Positions 22,436-34,667 of a DNA stretch of 64,000 nucleotides are shown one piece after another. The position numbers were made by a program, and so were the translations under genes. Under the pieces are notes generated by a model that had not been told where the DNA came from, searched no databases, and saw nothing but the letters and a program-made list of their open reading frames with translations. The DNA is taken from the NCBI GenBank assembly GCA_036867785.1, contig CP145420.1:868001-932000 (forward strand), given 5' to 3'. Source of the DNA: Plasmodiophora brassicae. Lineage: Eukaryota. How positions within the stretch are numbered: the first letter of the stretch is position 1; each line of letters starts with the position of its first letter.

Positions 22436-23703
22436 ATGAGATGGTGTCCCCTGCTTTGCCTGCTCGTCATCGCCGTGCAGGCGCTGCTTTTCGCGTTCCT
22501 GCTGATGAGCACGTCTAGTGGATCTCGTGCTTCGCCGCCATTAAAGCTCGCCTCCGTGCGAGGACACCCGGCCTGGATCGTGTCATATGCCACTCGGCAT
22601 GGCACGCCACGGACGAAGGACACAAAGTACATCGTGTATCGGTGCCGACGTGGCGACCTGTGCGGAGGTATCGGGGATCGCCTACGAGGCATCATGGCGA
22701 CGTTTTACCTGGCCATTGCAACGGGTCGTGCCATGATGATCGACATGGACGCCCCAATCCCTTTCGATACCGTCATGCACCCTACTACATTTGACTGGCG
22801 GTACCGGGCCGACATTATCGAGCCGATTTCCAAAGTCTCCATTGACTCCATGGATCATCTGAACCCTTCGATTCTGCAACTGCTTAGCCCCGAATTTGAC
22901 CAATGGTACGCTTGGCCTATGGGCAACGCGATTCGTTCTGGCTGATCATCGCTCAGGCAGGCTATCGTTCTGAACATCAACCGGATCGCCTGGTGCGATA
23001 TTCTGAATACACACGACTACCAAAAGGCGTTCGAAGGAGCAGGCGTCCCTGGAACCGGGTCCTGCCGGCAACGAGAACGCGAAATGCTGTTCGCATGGGC
23101 ATTCCCGGCATTGATGGTTCCCAGTCCCGGATTACGACTAGCTATTCAACGCAAACGAGAGCGTACTGGGCTATCTGAACAATCCCCATTCATTGGTGTT
23201 CACATCAGGGTACGCGGTGCGTCATTTCGTGTCCCATGAGTAACGGGATGCCTGTTCAGGTCGGGAAGCAATTGGGCGATCCCGTTCGGCACAGAGAATC
23301 TGACATCGACAAGTTCGCTGAGTGTGTCAAGAATGTGTCGAGAGTCATTGGGGATCATCCGGTCTTCCTTGCCTGCGACGACGACGATGCCAAGCAACTG
23401 TTTCTGAAGGCGGTGCCTGGATCCGTGACGGATTCGGTGCCGCCATTCCACATTGATAAGCCACAAGGAGACCATCTTTCTGGTACGCTCAATGCATGGG
23501 CCGAGTTCATGCTGCTATCGGAATCGTCGTGCAACATCCTGTCCAACAGCGGGTTCTCCTACTGGCCGACGGTTCTGTCCAGAGACCCGGACACGGGCGC
23601 CAGGTGCTTCGCCCGGTACGACCGGTGCTCCCAGGAACTCATACAAGACGCCGCCGCCGGTCGCGAATGGGTCCTACGATCGTTGACTGCACACAACCAA
23701 TAA
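22436..23703 (+). CDS. Type II membrane fucosyltransferase-like glycosyltransferase (GT23/GT37-like)
   Basis: N-terminal TM anchor and the motifs GGIGDRLRG, IGVHIR, VFLACDD and AEFMLLS...SGFS typical of GDP-fucose transferases; 2 introns. Confidence 0.8.
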
Positions 23704-24568
23704 ACAACGTATACGTCAATCGTAATGAACGTGCTTGCCAGTAATGCCTTTCCATCTGACGCGCTGCGGCACGCGCCAACGCTGCCCGTGATCCCACAAC
23801 CCGGGACGAGGTTGCCACTCCTTCGCAGCAGCGAAGCCGTTGACCGTGTATAATCGATGTCAAGGTCTCAGCTGGTGCCACCTGCACGGAAAGGACAATC
23901 GCCACTGGCCCCCTGGGGGCCAGCCAGACCAGGAAACCGCAGTCTGTACGCTAGACCACGAAACGAAAGCCATCGGCTATTGACAAAGGTTCGAACACAA
24001 TGGAGGATCCGAATCTGGTGGAGGCAGGCGGTCGCCGCGAAACAAATACCTAATTGATGCTGACATGGTGGTAATTCGCGCTTGTGACCAGTCCAAGCGT
24101 TCAATATCTTGCTGGGGCAAGTGCCAAGCCTTACTCCTCGCCCTGATGACGCTTATTAACAGGTGCTTTGCAGCGGTCCATGTCTCATGAAGTCATTCGC
24201 TCTTGGCCATATTATTGTGTAGCATGCCAGCCATCCCGTTCTGTCTCTCGATGATGAGCAGATTACGGCCATGCTCGTCTTGAGCCGACAATCATATGGG
24301 CATTTCTACAGCGTCTGCCTATCGTCATTGTCAGCATCGACGACCTGATTTCGTCATTCAGCTCTACACCCGCCATGCATATTGCGTCCAACTAGTAGCG
24401 AACATTCCAACGCTATCGAGATTCAACCTCCTGCGACTGGCTACCCGACATCAGCAACAGCGAGGCAATGCGGATTGCAAAGAACGATAAGCTGTTCGGC
24501 TTAGAGTAGGTTAATACGAGGACACGTTCAAGCCACCCAAACCCTCAGTTCTATGACCAAGGATATCT

Positions 24569-25234
24569 TTACTTCTTTACGATATCAGTGGCATATAGCA
24601 GGGAAAGGCTCCTATGCTTCGTGTGTGCCTTCTCAGTATGGGCATCCAGAGCAGACCGACGACTGAAAACCCTCTTGCAGATATGGCATGCAACAAGCCG
24701 ACGCCGTTCATGCACACGCCGGATGTGCCTGAGAACGTAGTCAGGGCGGCAAAAGCTTTTCGAGCGTACTGGACAAGGAGTACTGATCACTTCTTTGGCC
24801 TGAGGACAAGAATATCGCGTGTGCCTTTTGAGGTGGGACATCTGTTCGAAAGGCGCCTTACATAATGAACATTTGAATCGACGCTGAGTATCGGGCATCG
24901 CTGCACCAGACGCAGTCGTACTTGGGCTCATATAACCGGACACCTCTGCCAGGGTCGAAGATGCCACTGGATCCGGCGTTGCGAAGACTGGGTTGATTTC
25001 GGAAAGCTTAACGAAACGCAGCGAATCCGTCGAAAGGTTGGAAACGAGGTCGTATCCAACGTCATCTGCGGGATCCGCGTGCCCGTGTAGATTGTCGTCG
25101 GTCGCGTTGACGCCACCGTCGGACGGCCAAGTCAGCATGACGGCATCGGCATCGTACGACTGGCCCTGGACGAATTCGTCCACGTTGAAGAAGTATGCCA
25201 CAATGTCATCGTCGTCGCTGGCAAATGCACCCAA
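24569..25234 (-). CDS. C2H2 zinc-finger protein (3 fingers, one degenerate)
   Basis: FKCSLC..HLKRH..C, CPVRSKSF..HIRRVH (second Cys missing) and CHICKRVF..HTEKAH, with an acidic N-terminus. Confidence 0.75.
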   Translation of the reverse strand: MGAFASDDDDIVAYFFNVDEFVQGQSYDADAVMLTWPSDGGVNATDDNLHGHADPADDVGYDLVSNLSTDSLRFVKLSEINPVFATPDPVASSTLAEVSGYMSPSTTASGAAMPDTQRRFKCSLCKAPFEQMSHLKRHTRYSCPQAKEVISTPCPVRSKSFCRPDYVLRHIRRVHERRRLVACHICKRVFSRRSALDAHTEKAHTKHRSLSLLYATDIVKK

Positions 25235-25434
25235 ACCGGACAGCAGGCGATGTCCAGAACGATATCGTGCAATGGCGGACTCGCCGCTGCAGACGCAGGC
25301 CGTCGCCCGTCAGGACCGGAACTAATAATAGACCAGACCTCTGCAGTAGCGTCGCAGTCGTGGTTTCGCAGACCTGGACCTGCCTGATTGTCGTTGTAGA
25401 AGTTCCGAGGCCGCATTGTCAGTGGGTACTCCAT

Positions 25435-26584
25435 TCAAGGCAGCATCTTGCTCTCGAAGAATGTATTCAATGACGTCGGTTGAATGGCTGCGATTCGATG
25501 CTGGACGTCCGGGTTGCCGTCTGTCAGGTGCCGAATCGCGACCACAACCCATTCCCGCATAAACGGGTTCTCGTCGTCAATCTTACACTACATGACAAAC
25601 GACGTCAACCTACACAATCCACAATGCGAGATGCAGTGCCCTCACCTGATTCAGCAGAAGCATCAGAGCGTCATCTTCGCCAACCCGCGTTCGAGCATCC
25701 CCATCGACCGCACACAGGTTTGCCAGCAGACGTACCAGAGTGCATTTCATCGACATTGGCGACCTCTGCTCGTCGTCATCCGGTCGCCTCCTTGGCTTGG
25801 GTCCATCATCATTGCCGCATGCGGCCAGCAACGACAACGCCACGTCGGCCACATTCCGGCCTGGAATGATTCCCAAGCACGTCCGGCAGATCACGAACGT
25901 GTTCGCCAGGTCCAACCCGGCATACAGTCGATCCAGGTCGTCCTCATCAATATCGCCGGTCCTCCCCAGCAGTCGAGCCCCGAAAGCGTCGTGCCAGTCC
26001 GTTAAAAGCGCAACAACGAAATCGGAGATGCCTCGAATCGCGTCCCGGGACAGGGATGAGGCGTCGTCCTCGATGAGCTGGTCGATGACTTCGACGGCGA
26101 CACGAGCAGGTGGGAGACGTCCCGCATGACCCGCACGAGTTATACATTGGACAGAAAGCATGGCCCACTGGAGTTCGGCGTCAGTGTCAACAGTCAGGAC
26201 AACGTTCATCGCGGCACGACCAGCGTCCGCCGTCAGCAGCAGGTCGATACACGAGGTACTGCATCGGATGCAGCTGAACAGCAATGCACGAACCGCAGAC
26301 GGAGCGGTATCATCGGTAAACACATTCGCGTCGAGCAATCGGCGGAACACGACCTCGGCATGTTCGGGAATGTTTTGGGCGAGGTTAACGAGCGCCTGAG
26401 CCGCAGGGCGCCGTGCGTCTCCAGCGCCGATGGCAACGTCGATCAGCGGGTCGATGCACGCCGACAGGCGACGTCGCTCGTCAACGGATTCGGTGGCCGA
26501 TAGATCGCGCACGCTGGCGCAGGCCTGACGACACTGGGCCGGTGTGCGGATGGCAACGAGAATGTCGTCGAGGTTGTCCAGCAT
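25435..26584 (-). CDS. ATXN10: Ataxin-10-like armadillo protein
   Basis: MKCTLVRLLANLC...LLLNQ / CKIDDENPFMREWVVVAIRHLTDGNPDVQ, the ataxin-10 domain signature. Confidence 0.85.
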
Positions 26585-26916
26585 GACGCGCACTCCGTGG
26601 AGCTGCAACCGCCAGTGCAGCCAATGAACGCACCAGGGCTGGTGATTCGCAAACTAGTGAATACGGCACTGCGGGTTGGAAGGGACGAAAAGTTACGACG
26701 CGTACCGACAACGACAAGTGGTCCGTCTGTCCACCTCGACGATGTCGCTTTGACAATGTCATCCATGTCACAATTCGCAGTAAACCATGCTTGGGGCGGC
26801 GCCTGATCGATCCTGTTTTTAAAGTCACGTTGCTGCAGCTATTCTTGACCACCCACCCCTGAAGTCTGGGACTCGAGGGGGGCCATTCGTTCGGACCGCA
26901 GAAAGAATCGTCGTCC

Positions 26917-28413
26917 ATGCCGGGTAGGAAGAGGAAGGCGCCGGCTACCAACGCCGGCGAAACTGCCCCAGCGAAGACGTTGGTTGCACCAACATCCGTA
27001 ACTTCGCAACCCGTCCCTGAAGTCGACCAAATGTTTGGCCATACGACGGGGACGATCGTCGCTCCGTTCTTTGCTACCCTGAACCAGACAAACATCGCCG
27101 CGAACAACAACAAATTCTACAGACTGCAATTGTTCCAGGACGGCGGCAAGTATTACGTCGGCACCCACTGGGGCCGTGTCGGTGAAGCGGGCCAGACCAA
27201 GGTCGCTGTCCAGAAAGATCGCGCGACGGCCGAAATGGAATTCGGCAGGATCTTCGAATCGAAAACGGGCAACAACTGGCGTGACCGAGATGCTTTCGTT
27301 AATCGTCCTGGTAAATACGATCTCATCCAGATCGATCCTAATGCGCCACCATCTGCTGAACCAGCGTCGAAATCGGCGCCACTTGCGGCCAGCGAACTCG
27401 ACGACCTGACACGCGATCTCATCGAAATGGTGTTTGACCGGGACATGTTCAAGACAGCGATGAAAAACCTGGATGTGGATGTGGCCAAGCTGCCGCTGGG
27501 CAAACTTCGTCAGTCGCAGATTGATGCTGGGCACGCTGTCCTGGAACAGATCGAAGCTGTAACGACCGGTTCCGAAGACCGAAATGAGCTCGTTCAGCTG
27601 TCTTCCAGGTTCTTCACGATTATTCCGCATTCGTTCGGCCGGCAGCGCCCTCCTGTAATCGACACGAGGGACTCCCTGCAGAAGCTCTATGACCTCATGG
27701 CGGTTCTCAGTGACATCAGTCTGGCTAACAACATACTTGAATCGACGACAAGGGGATCGCTACATCCAACGGATACCCTGTACCGCAAACTTGGAGCAAA
27801 GCTGTCACTCCTGCAGAAGACGAGCCCCGAGTATCAGACGGTACGTGCCTATGCTGAAGTCAACGGCAATCCCTGGAAGGTTGTCGCTGCCTGGCGTATT
27901 GACCGGCAAGATGACGCCAGGCGTTTCGCTGCCCATGACGCGATCGCGAACCGGAAACTGCTGTGGCACGGCACCGAGGTCGCCGTCGTAGCCGCTATTA
28001 TGAAAAGCGGGCTGCGAATCATGCCTCATTCGGGCGGACGGGTTGGGCGCGGCGTGTACCTGGCGTCATTGAACGAGAAGAGCCGGATGTATACGCGTGG
28101 AACGAACTGGAATGGGAAACACGCCAAAGTCATGTTCCTGGCGGAGGCTGCGCTAGGTCGCGAACATCACATCGTTCATGATAGCTCCTGGCTGACACAC
28201 CCGCCTGCTGGTTTCGACTCCGTCGTTGCCAAAGGGCGTGTGGACCCCGATCCTCAGGGCAGCACGACGTTGACTCTCGACGGCAAGACCGTTGTTGTCG
28301 ATACTGGCCCACCACGCGTTACCCCGTTCTCCCACAGTTCGTTCCACCATTCCGAATACCTCATCTATGACGAGAGCCAGCACCGCCTTCGTTACCTGGT
28401 ACTACTGGAATAG
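26917..28413 (+). CDS. PARP3: Poly(ADP-ribose) polymerase, PARP3-like (WGR, regulatory and catalytic domains)
   Basis: NNNKFYRLQL..HWGRVG (WGR), LPLGKL..SRFFTIIPHSFG (regulatory), and LLWHGT, IMPHSGGRVGRGVYLAS, SEYLIY (H-Y-E triad). Intronless. Confidence 0.93.
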   Translation: MPGRKRKAPATNAGETAPAKTLVAPTSVTSQPVPEVDQMFGHTTGTIVAPFFATLNQTNIAANNNKFYRLQLFQDGGKYYVGTHWGRVGEAGQTKVAVQKDRATAEMEFGRIFESKTGNNWRDRDAFVNRPGKYDLIQIDPNAPPSAEPASKSAPLAASELDDLTRDLIEMVFDRDMFKTAMKNLDVDVAKLPLGKLRQSQIDAGHAVLEQIEAVTTGSEDRNELVQLSSRFFTIIPHSFGRQRPPVIDTRDSLQKLYDLMAVLSDISLANNILESTTRGSLHPTDTLYRKLGAKLSLLQKTSPEYQTVRAYAEVNGNPWKVVAAWRIDRQDDARRFAAHDAIANRKLLWHGTEVAVVAAIMKSGLRIMPHSGGRVGRGVYLASLNEKSRMYTRGTNWNGKHAKVMFLAEAALGREHHIVHDSSWLTHPPAGFDSVVAKGRVDPDPQGSTTLTLDGKTVVVDTGPPRVTPFSHSSFHHSEYLIYDESQHRLRYLVLLE

Positions 28414-28467
28414 GTGCAACATGAAGTTTGATGAAGTGCATATAAGTATTTCTTCCGTGAGACGTAT

Positions 28468-29304
28468 TCATGGGTGGTTGTTCGATGGACTGGCCAGGCG
28501 GCGAATGTTTCGTACCTTGCCTGTCGTCGTATTGCGCTGCGTGCCGTTTCCTAGGTCGATGGCGTATTGGTATTCACCGCTAGCGACGATACGATGGGTG
28601 AGGATAGCACTCAGGTTCTGATTGCCGTACAGGGCGGCGTGCAGCTCTTCGACGACATCGTTGCCCTCGGCATCGTAATTGTACCATCCGTTAACCTTGC
28701 CGTCCACATTATCCGTAACTTCATACTGCCACTGCACGCCTCCTTGACGGGACGCTGCCACGGCCGCCGCAGGGTTGGATGCCAGCAGGCAGTACTTGCC
28801 GGGAATCTGCGCGAAACCCTTCCGATCGCAGACTTCTTTCCAATTGTGCCCGGTCTTGTCCAGGAACTTCTTCTCGAACAGCGACACCGCCTCATCGGGT
28901 GCGGAAAATGGCCCCGACACCTGGTTCTGGCCTTTCGTACCAGTACGCCCCCAACGATTGAAGAAGTAGAATTTCCCTCCCTGGTTCACGATCTGGATAA
29001 TGTAGAACTAAAGGCAATGTTAAACAATGCTCCTTGTTGTTTGCCGTCTCTTGACCTTGTCACTCGTCATGTCCACGTAACACAGCGCTGCATCGTATGG
29101 GGTCCCGTCGTCGTTTTCGTAGACAATAGCACCAGGACCGGCGATGGCGCCGAACACGACGTCCACTGGAACGCCTGGGCCATACACTCTCGCGCGTGAC
29201 GCACGCTGCCTCTGCTTGGTGACCTTCTTTACTGTGGGCGGTGGCGGCGGAACATTCGCGCGATGGTTCGCCTGGTTGGCAATACGTGTCGAGCGGCGAA
29301 GCAT
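28468..29304 (-). CDS. WGR-domain plus WWE-domain protein without catalytic domain
   Basis: FYIIQIV..FNRWGRTG..FEKKFLDKTGHNW..GKY (WGR), then VQWQY..GWYNYD..VEE..YQYAIDL..QRNTTTGKVRNIRR (WWE); 1 intron. Confidence 0.85.
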
Positions 29305-29474
29305 GAATCGGACTGCTGAGGTGACCTCAGAAAATATTATGCGCGGCATTCCGCATTCGGCATGCCGCGTGCGTGACATCGTGACGGGTACCGTATTTGT
29401 TGACGTCGGCGGCCGGCGGCCTTGACCGGGGGTTTCCGGACAGTTGTACAATGGGCGTAGATCGGAGTCCTTGA

Positions 29475-30825
29475 ATGTTCAACGGCGTGTGTGTTGCGAT
29501 GAAGCACGCGGCCGTCGATTCCTTCTGGGTTGGATCGCTGCAGCGAACAGTATTCCCTGTTATTAACCTTGTGACAGTTTTCTGTCCGACTATTTGCGTC
29601 GGCGTGGTGCCTGTCGTTTATGGCGGGATTCGTTCTGGTCCTGTATTCTGGCACGTTTCCTGCGTCGGATGTGCTCCGGTTGGTTCTAATTGCGATCGGT
29701 TGCCTCCTCTTTGTTGCGTCGTTCGTTATTCTCTTCGTGGTACGAAACGCGGTCGTCCAAATGCTTCGGAACCAGAAATCAGATGATGATGATGATGACG
29801 ATGATGACAATGGAGCCGGCCGCACGCTATCGTTACCTTCCGGACTGGTTCCCGATTCCCTTGACCCAGTTGACCCAGAACCCGCTGTTCCCGGTGAAAT
29901 TCGACGCATCATTAATGAGGTGCACAGTTGTGACTTGGGCGATGTCCCTAAAGGAATGTGGACGGCGTTTTATGTGAGCGACGGCGGCGCTCTCGCGCGA
30001 AAGTACCTCTCCCAGAAACCATCAGTGAAAGAAGCTCGGCAACTTGTTATGCGGTCGGACCTCATGAAGAAACCGTGCGCAATCTTTCGCGTGAATGAGG
30101 ATCTCGATGACGTACATGATCGAGTCGGCGATGTCTTCGGAGACGATGACGAGGCGATGGGATCTGTTGTCGAGGACTGCCGGGCTTTACTGCCCGTTCA
30201 AGTAAAGGTCGACCGGGTGACGGACTCGTTCACGTTGGTTGATGATACGGGGTGTAACTCCTTATTCCTGTATAACCGCAGACGCCTGCCGATGCCAGCG
30301 GGCGCCATCTTTTTCAAGCGTGTCAACACGGCCGCAGGTAAACAATGGGTTATCGAAGCCGTTTCCGATAGCCGGATGGTCGCAAGCCTTGTGAATATGC
30401 ATTTTAAGCCTGTTCAGCAAATATCGTTCCTGCTTGACCCGCAATTAATTCATGAAATGTACACGCCGGGGATTCGTGTTCATCCGACGGTTCGCCAAAG
30501 TGCATTTGCGGCACTGGACGCGGCGTGGGCAGATCCTGTTCTCACCCATTGGCTGGGCCACGTGTTTGCCCCGCCGACGAATGCTGAGACTGACGCGTTA
30601 TTATTGCGTCACCGCTTGATCCCGGTACTGACAGCTCCTGCACCCGGCGCACCCTTAATCGATGGTCTACTGGGAATGCAGTACCGTTTGCAAATTGGCG
30701 TATTTCAAGATTATGTTGACGGTAAAGGTTTATTGTATTTCGATAAGCCTTCCGACCGTTCAACGCGAAAGGCCATCCGTGCAGCTTTTGAGAACGTGAA
30801 AGGAATTGCGCCTCTGAATCTTTGA
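29475..30825 (+). CDS. Hypothetical protein with N-terminal TM helices and poly-Asp tract
   Basis: 401-aa open frame 29620-30825 with a probable upstream exon joined by intron 29529-29577. No family recognised. Confidence 0.65.
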
Positions 30826-30829
30826 GCGA

Positions 30830-32957
30830 ATATAGCCTTGCCAATCGAACCAGCCAGCTACCTATGCAGTCAATACGTTCCCGACCCACAGACCGGCAGA
30901 TAGTAGTCACCATCATATATACTACTTTACTGTATGAATGGATACGATGCAAAGCTGGCCGTGACATAACAGATTGCTGGCAATATACACGATTACGTCA
31001 GCCGACAAGTTGCCGCAGGCGGATGATAATCGGTATGAGGTTGTGCCAGCGAGACAGCAGAACGGAGAACAGGTCATCCGATGGCGGTGGTCGTAGTGAA
31101 CGATATATGCCAGGGCATAACTCCAGCATAGTCCCGAAAGCGACCAACAACTTGATCATCAGAGCGTCTTGCGTTGTGCGCATGAAACAAGCGTTCAGCA
31201 ACTCCCTCAAAAGCGTGCGCTTATCCGCATCGCCCATTCGAGGTGCCATTAGGGCGTAATTGCCCATCAGCTCGATCGCAAAGAACGAGTCCAGCCCGTC
31301 GCCTTCGCAAATTAATGGCTTGCAAATGCCCATCATCTATGCATTGACATGAGCGGGGCTATGAAATAGACAAATGCGAATCTTACATGAGAAAAGGACG
31401 ACAGGGCAAACGAATGTGCAAAGTTGTGCTTAATAGCACACGCGGTCAAGTTGATAGCAAACGCGAGACCGATCTGCGTCACCGCCTCCGATTGCGTTTC
31501 GATGCAGATCGACGTTATTCGAGGGATCAGCGATGATGCCAGGGGGGATGACAGAATGCGTTCAGTGCCTGGTGACGGTGATGGTTAACGTTCGGACCGA
31601 AACATTACGCTCGGAGGAGGCACACCTGAACGATGTCGGATGACGCTGGCGAACAGCCCGATTACGTGGGCAGGAGCAATGACCATCACATCAAGCAGAA
31701 GCGTCAGGACGGCGAATTCCACATCCGATATTTCTGCACTGCTATCGGGAGCCGATATCCTTTAAACCCATTGTCAGATCCAGAGAGACCGGAGCTAACG
31801 CCATGCCGCACCGAGTTGCAAGGTCAACGAGGACATCCATTTGGTCTGGTGACAGGCGATCCAAGAATGGACGAGCAAGACGAATCGTGGAGATCACGTC
31901 TTGCAGCATTGATGCATCGACAACGATGAACGGCTGGCGCGCCGAGAAGATGTTCTGCTCTCTTGATTCCGCCCTGGGGGACGCCGACCCGCTGCGAGGA
32001 GCTGCTGACAATGTGTCAACGACTGACGCGACGCATCGCACACGACTTACGCAGGCATCGACATCGATGTGCAGAATTACTGCCGCAATCGCAGTAGAAG
32101 GCATCCGATGTCACGACCTCGGACAGATCGTGCCCTTCATGGCAGACCGCTGCACACGACAGGCACACGCCCCGTCCTTCGACTAACCCGCACGTCCTAC
32201 AGCACCGAAACTGCTGCGGGACGAAACGGTCTCTCGTGATCGAATAGGTACATATGCGGGCCCGAACAGCATGGGCTATGGCCATCGCTAGCCTGTCAGG
32301 TCTTCGGCCGCCCGCGCCTGACGACCACGTCAGGCATCGTCGGGAGGTGATCGACAGGCAGGGCTTACGAGGGGAGTTGAACAGGATGCCAACCAGTTGC
32401 GTGATCTGGGGTGGTGTGAGGGGCGTGTCGATGTCGGGATCGTCCTCATGATCGAGCAGCCATTCCATGGCGGCCTGCGTGTCGCGGTTGTTCAGGAGCA
32501 GGGCCTTGACGACACGGGATTCGGGGAACCCCATGGCAACGAGTGGTTCGCGAGCGGCCGCCGTAACGGATCCGTGCAGCAATGCGATCGCCTCATGGAA
32601 CGGAATTTCGACGTAGCCGTTGGACTCTTCCAGCGCAAGCCCAGACGCCCTCTGCAACGGGGTCGTTTCGAGCGAGGGCTCTATGCGGACCGCTTCCGCA
32701 GCCCTCGTCCGCCGCTCCGGATCGATAACGAACGCGACAACGTGCACATTCGCGGACGCGTCGGACGGGAACGACGCCAGTGCGGCGTCGTCGTCGAGAA
32801 GCGACCCGGATCGGACCACGGCGACGAGCTCGGGCGCGACGCCCAGTCGCAGGGCGATCCGCTGGCGAAGTTGCCGTGCAGTCGCGCACCCGGACAACGA
32901 CAGCAGCTGCCGTTGCCGGTCCGGCTGGACGACGCGCACGACGCAGTCAACCGCCAT
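30830..32957 (-). CDS. UBL-UBA-UBR-box zinc-finger protein with helical C-terminal region (3' end approximate)
   Basis: Ubiquitin-like N-terminus, LVAMGFPESRVVKALL..AMEWLL (UBA) and CTY..CRTCGL..GVCLSCAAVCHEGHDL..FYCDCG (UBR box). A GTAAGT donor after HRCRCL links in frame to downstream exons. Confidence 0.75.
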
Positions 32958-33246
32958 ATTCGGTCGGCAACGGATCACGCCGACTGCATCGACAAAATGG
33001 GTACTCGGCCCACGCCAGCGGCCTTCGCCCCAAAAATCCCCATGGCGCCGCACCGTTGGAACGCGTGCGACGGCCCGGGAAGGTGGCCTTCGACCACGGA
33101 TGTGTCAACAAGGCACGCCCGCGGTCGACCGTGTCGGACAGCCATCGGCGATATCAGCGCGCCGTAGGCTGAGAAGCGCTTCAGGCGCCGGATCGATACG
33201 CGCGTCACGGCTCGTGAGGAACGGCGGCAACAATCCGAAACCGGAC

Positions 33247-34000
33247 ATGTGGCGCGTGGACGTCGTGTGGATGCCGTGCTTTCGCGTCTGGGGTCTTGCT
33301 GTGCATTCGTAGCCGTGTCCTGAAGTATGTATTTGGTCGCGTAATGCGTTGTTGGTCGTCTATGGCCGGACCGTTCAACGTCTCCGGCCTGTAGAACCCA
33401 TTGTCGCGAGATCAGGACACGATCTGTCCGATCTCGATCAGCGGCGAGATCGCCTGCTCCCGCGTGGGCTTGCACTGCGTTACCGTAAATTCCTGATCTG
33501 TGACGATGACCAGAAGGAGGTGAACGTCTATCAGTACCTCCCCAACACGACCCAGCATGCATCCGGTGCGGTCCGCCAGGGTGCTGTACGAAACACTGTA
33601 CTGTTTTAGTTGGTGTGGCTGGTTGTACCGCAAATGCCCGTTAAGGTCGTCAGGGGTATGTACTTCGATGATCACGCCAGTGGGGTGTACGGGTTGTTCT
33701 TGGTTGACTCCCCTTTCCTGCGCTTGTACGCGTTCATCAGCGGCCAGGAGAACATTCGAGAACAACCGCGGGCGTTCTGAAATGCAAGTCGAAATGTCAC
33801 GTTGTTGTCGGCCGACACACGATGATGATCCTGACCCGCCTCTACGACACACTGTGAGGGACACTGGACACAATGCTTCAGAACCACCCGGACACAATCA
33901 ACTTTGCGCATCGCATGCTGTCCTTATCTGCGAACCCAGCTACGTTCAGTACGGCACGCACGTATTCCAACAACGACCGCCGTTAGCGCCCATCGATACC
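33247..34000 (+). CDS. Possible small multi-exon hypothetical protein
   Basis: Short open segments separated by plausible GT-AG introns; no recognised motif. Confidence 0.25.
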
Positions 34001-34667
34001 TGACCGACTTTAAGAACGTTCACGAGCCCCGGTTCGTCGCCAGTGAATTGGTCATTCTATCGAAACCTTTTCGCATGGGCCCGTCAAAGTCGGTCATCTA
34101 TAGATTGGCGCTAATGACAGAGACGTAGGAATCCCGGGCACCGCATTGCTGTATTCGTGGCCGATACGTCCCATATCGCTGGCCTGGCGGGCCTCCAAAC
34201 GCCGTTCTCGAGTTGGCCAATCAATCTACCTCGGGATGCAGATCCATCATCAGGCGCCTGTCGTGACTGGGTGGTCCTCGATGGTGACGACGGACACGAT
34301 AACCATAGACGCCGAACATTTCAGCAGAGGTGCCCGGCAACTACGGGCCCGGTGCTGCGAATATCAGGCGGCGTAGCAGAAACGTTTCTCTGCTACGACC
34401 AGGTCGGGCACCAGCCAAGCGACACACTATCAGGAAGGATGTGTGGCACTCAGGATAAGAACCACAAATTGGAGGATCTGTGGCAAAGGTTGCCCCTTGA
34501 AGACGGCTGCCAATGGCACATCGTAGACTCATTCCCCAGCGCGCGTCGGGCTGCAGATGCACTGTGGTTGTGGTCTCCTGTCCTCCAAACAGTCGAACAA
34601 CACGCTCCGTAAAAATGCATTCAATATTGCGGGTCGGCCAGCGGGCGTCTGGGGTCGCTTCGACGAT

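Noticed and set aside
23710-24560. Lower-GC intergenic stretch as a mobile element or ncRNA
   Set aside because: I could see no terminal repeats, TSD, tRNA cloverleaf or conserved RNA motif by eye.
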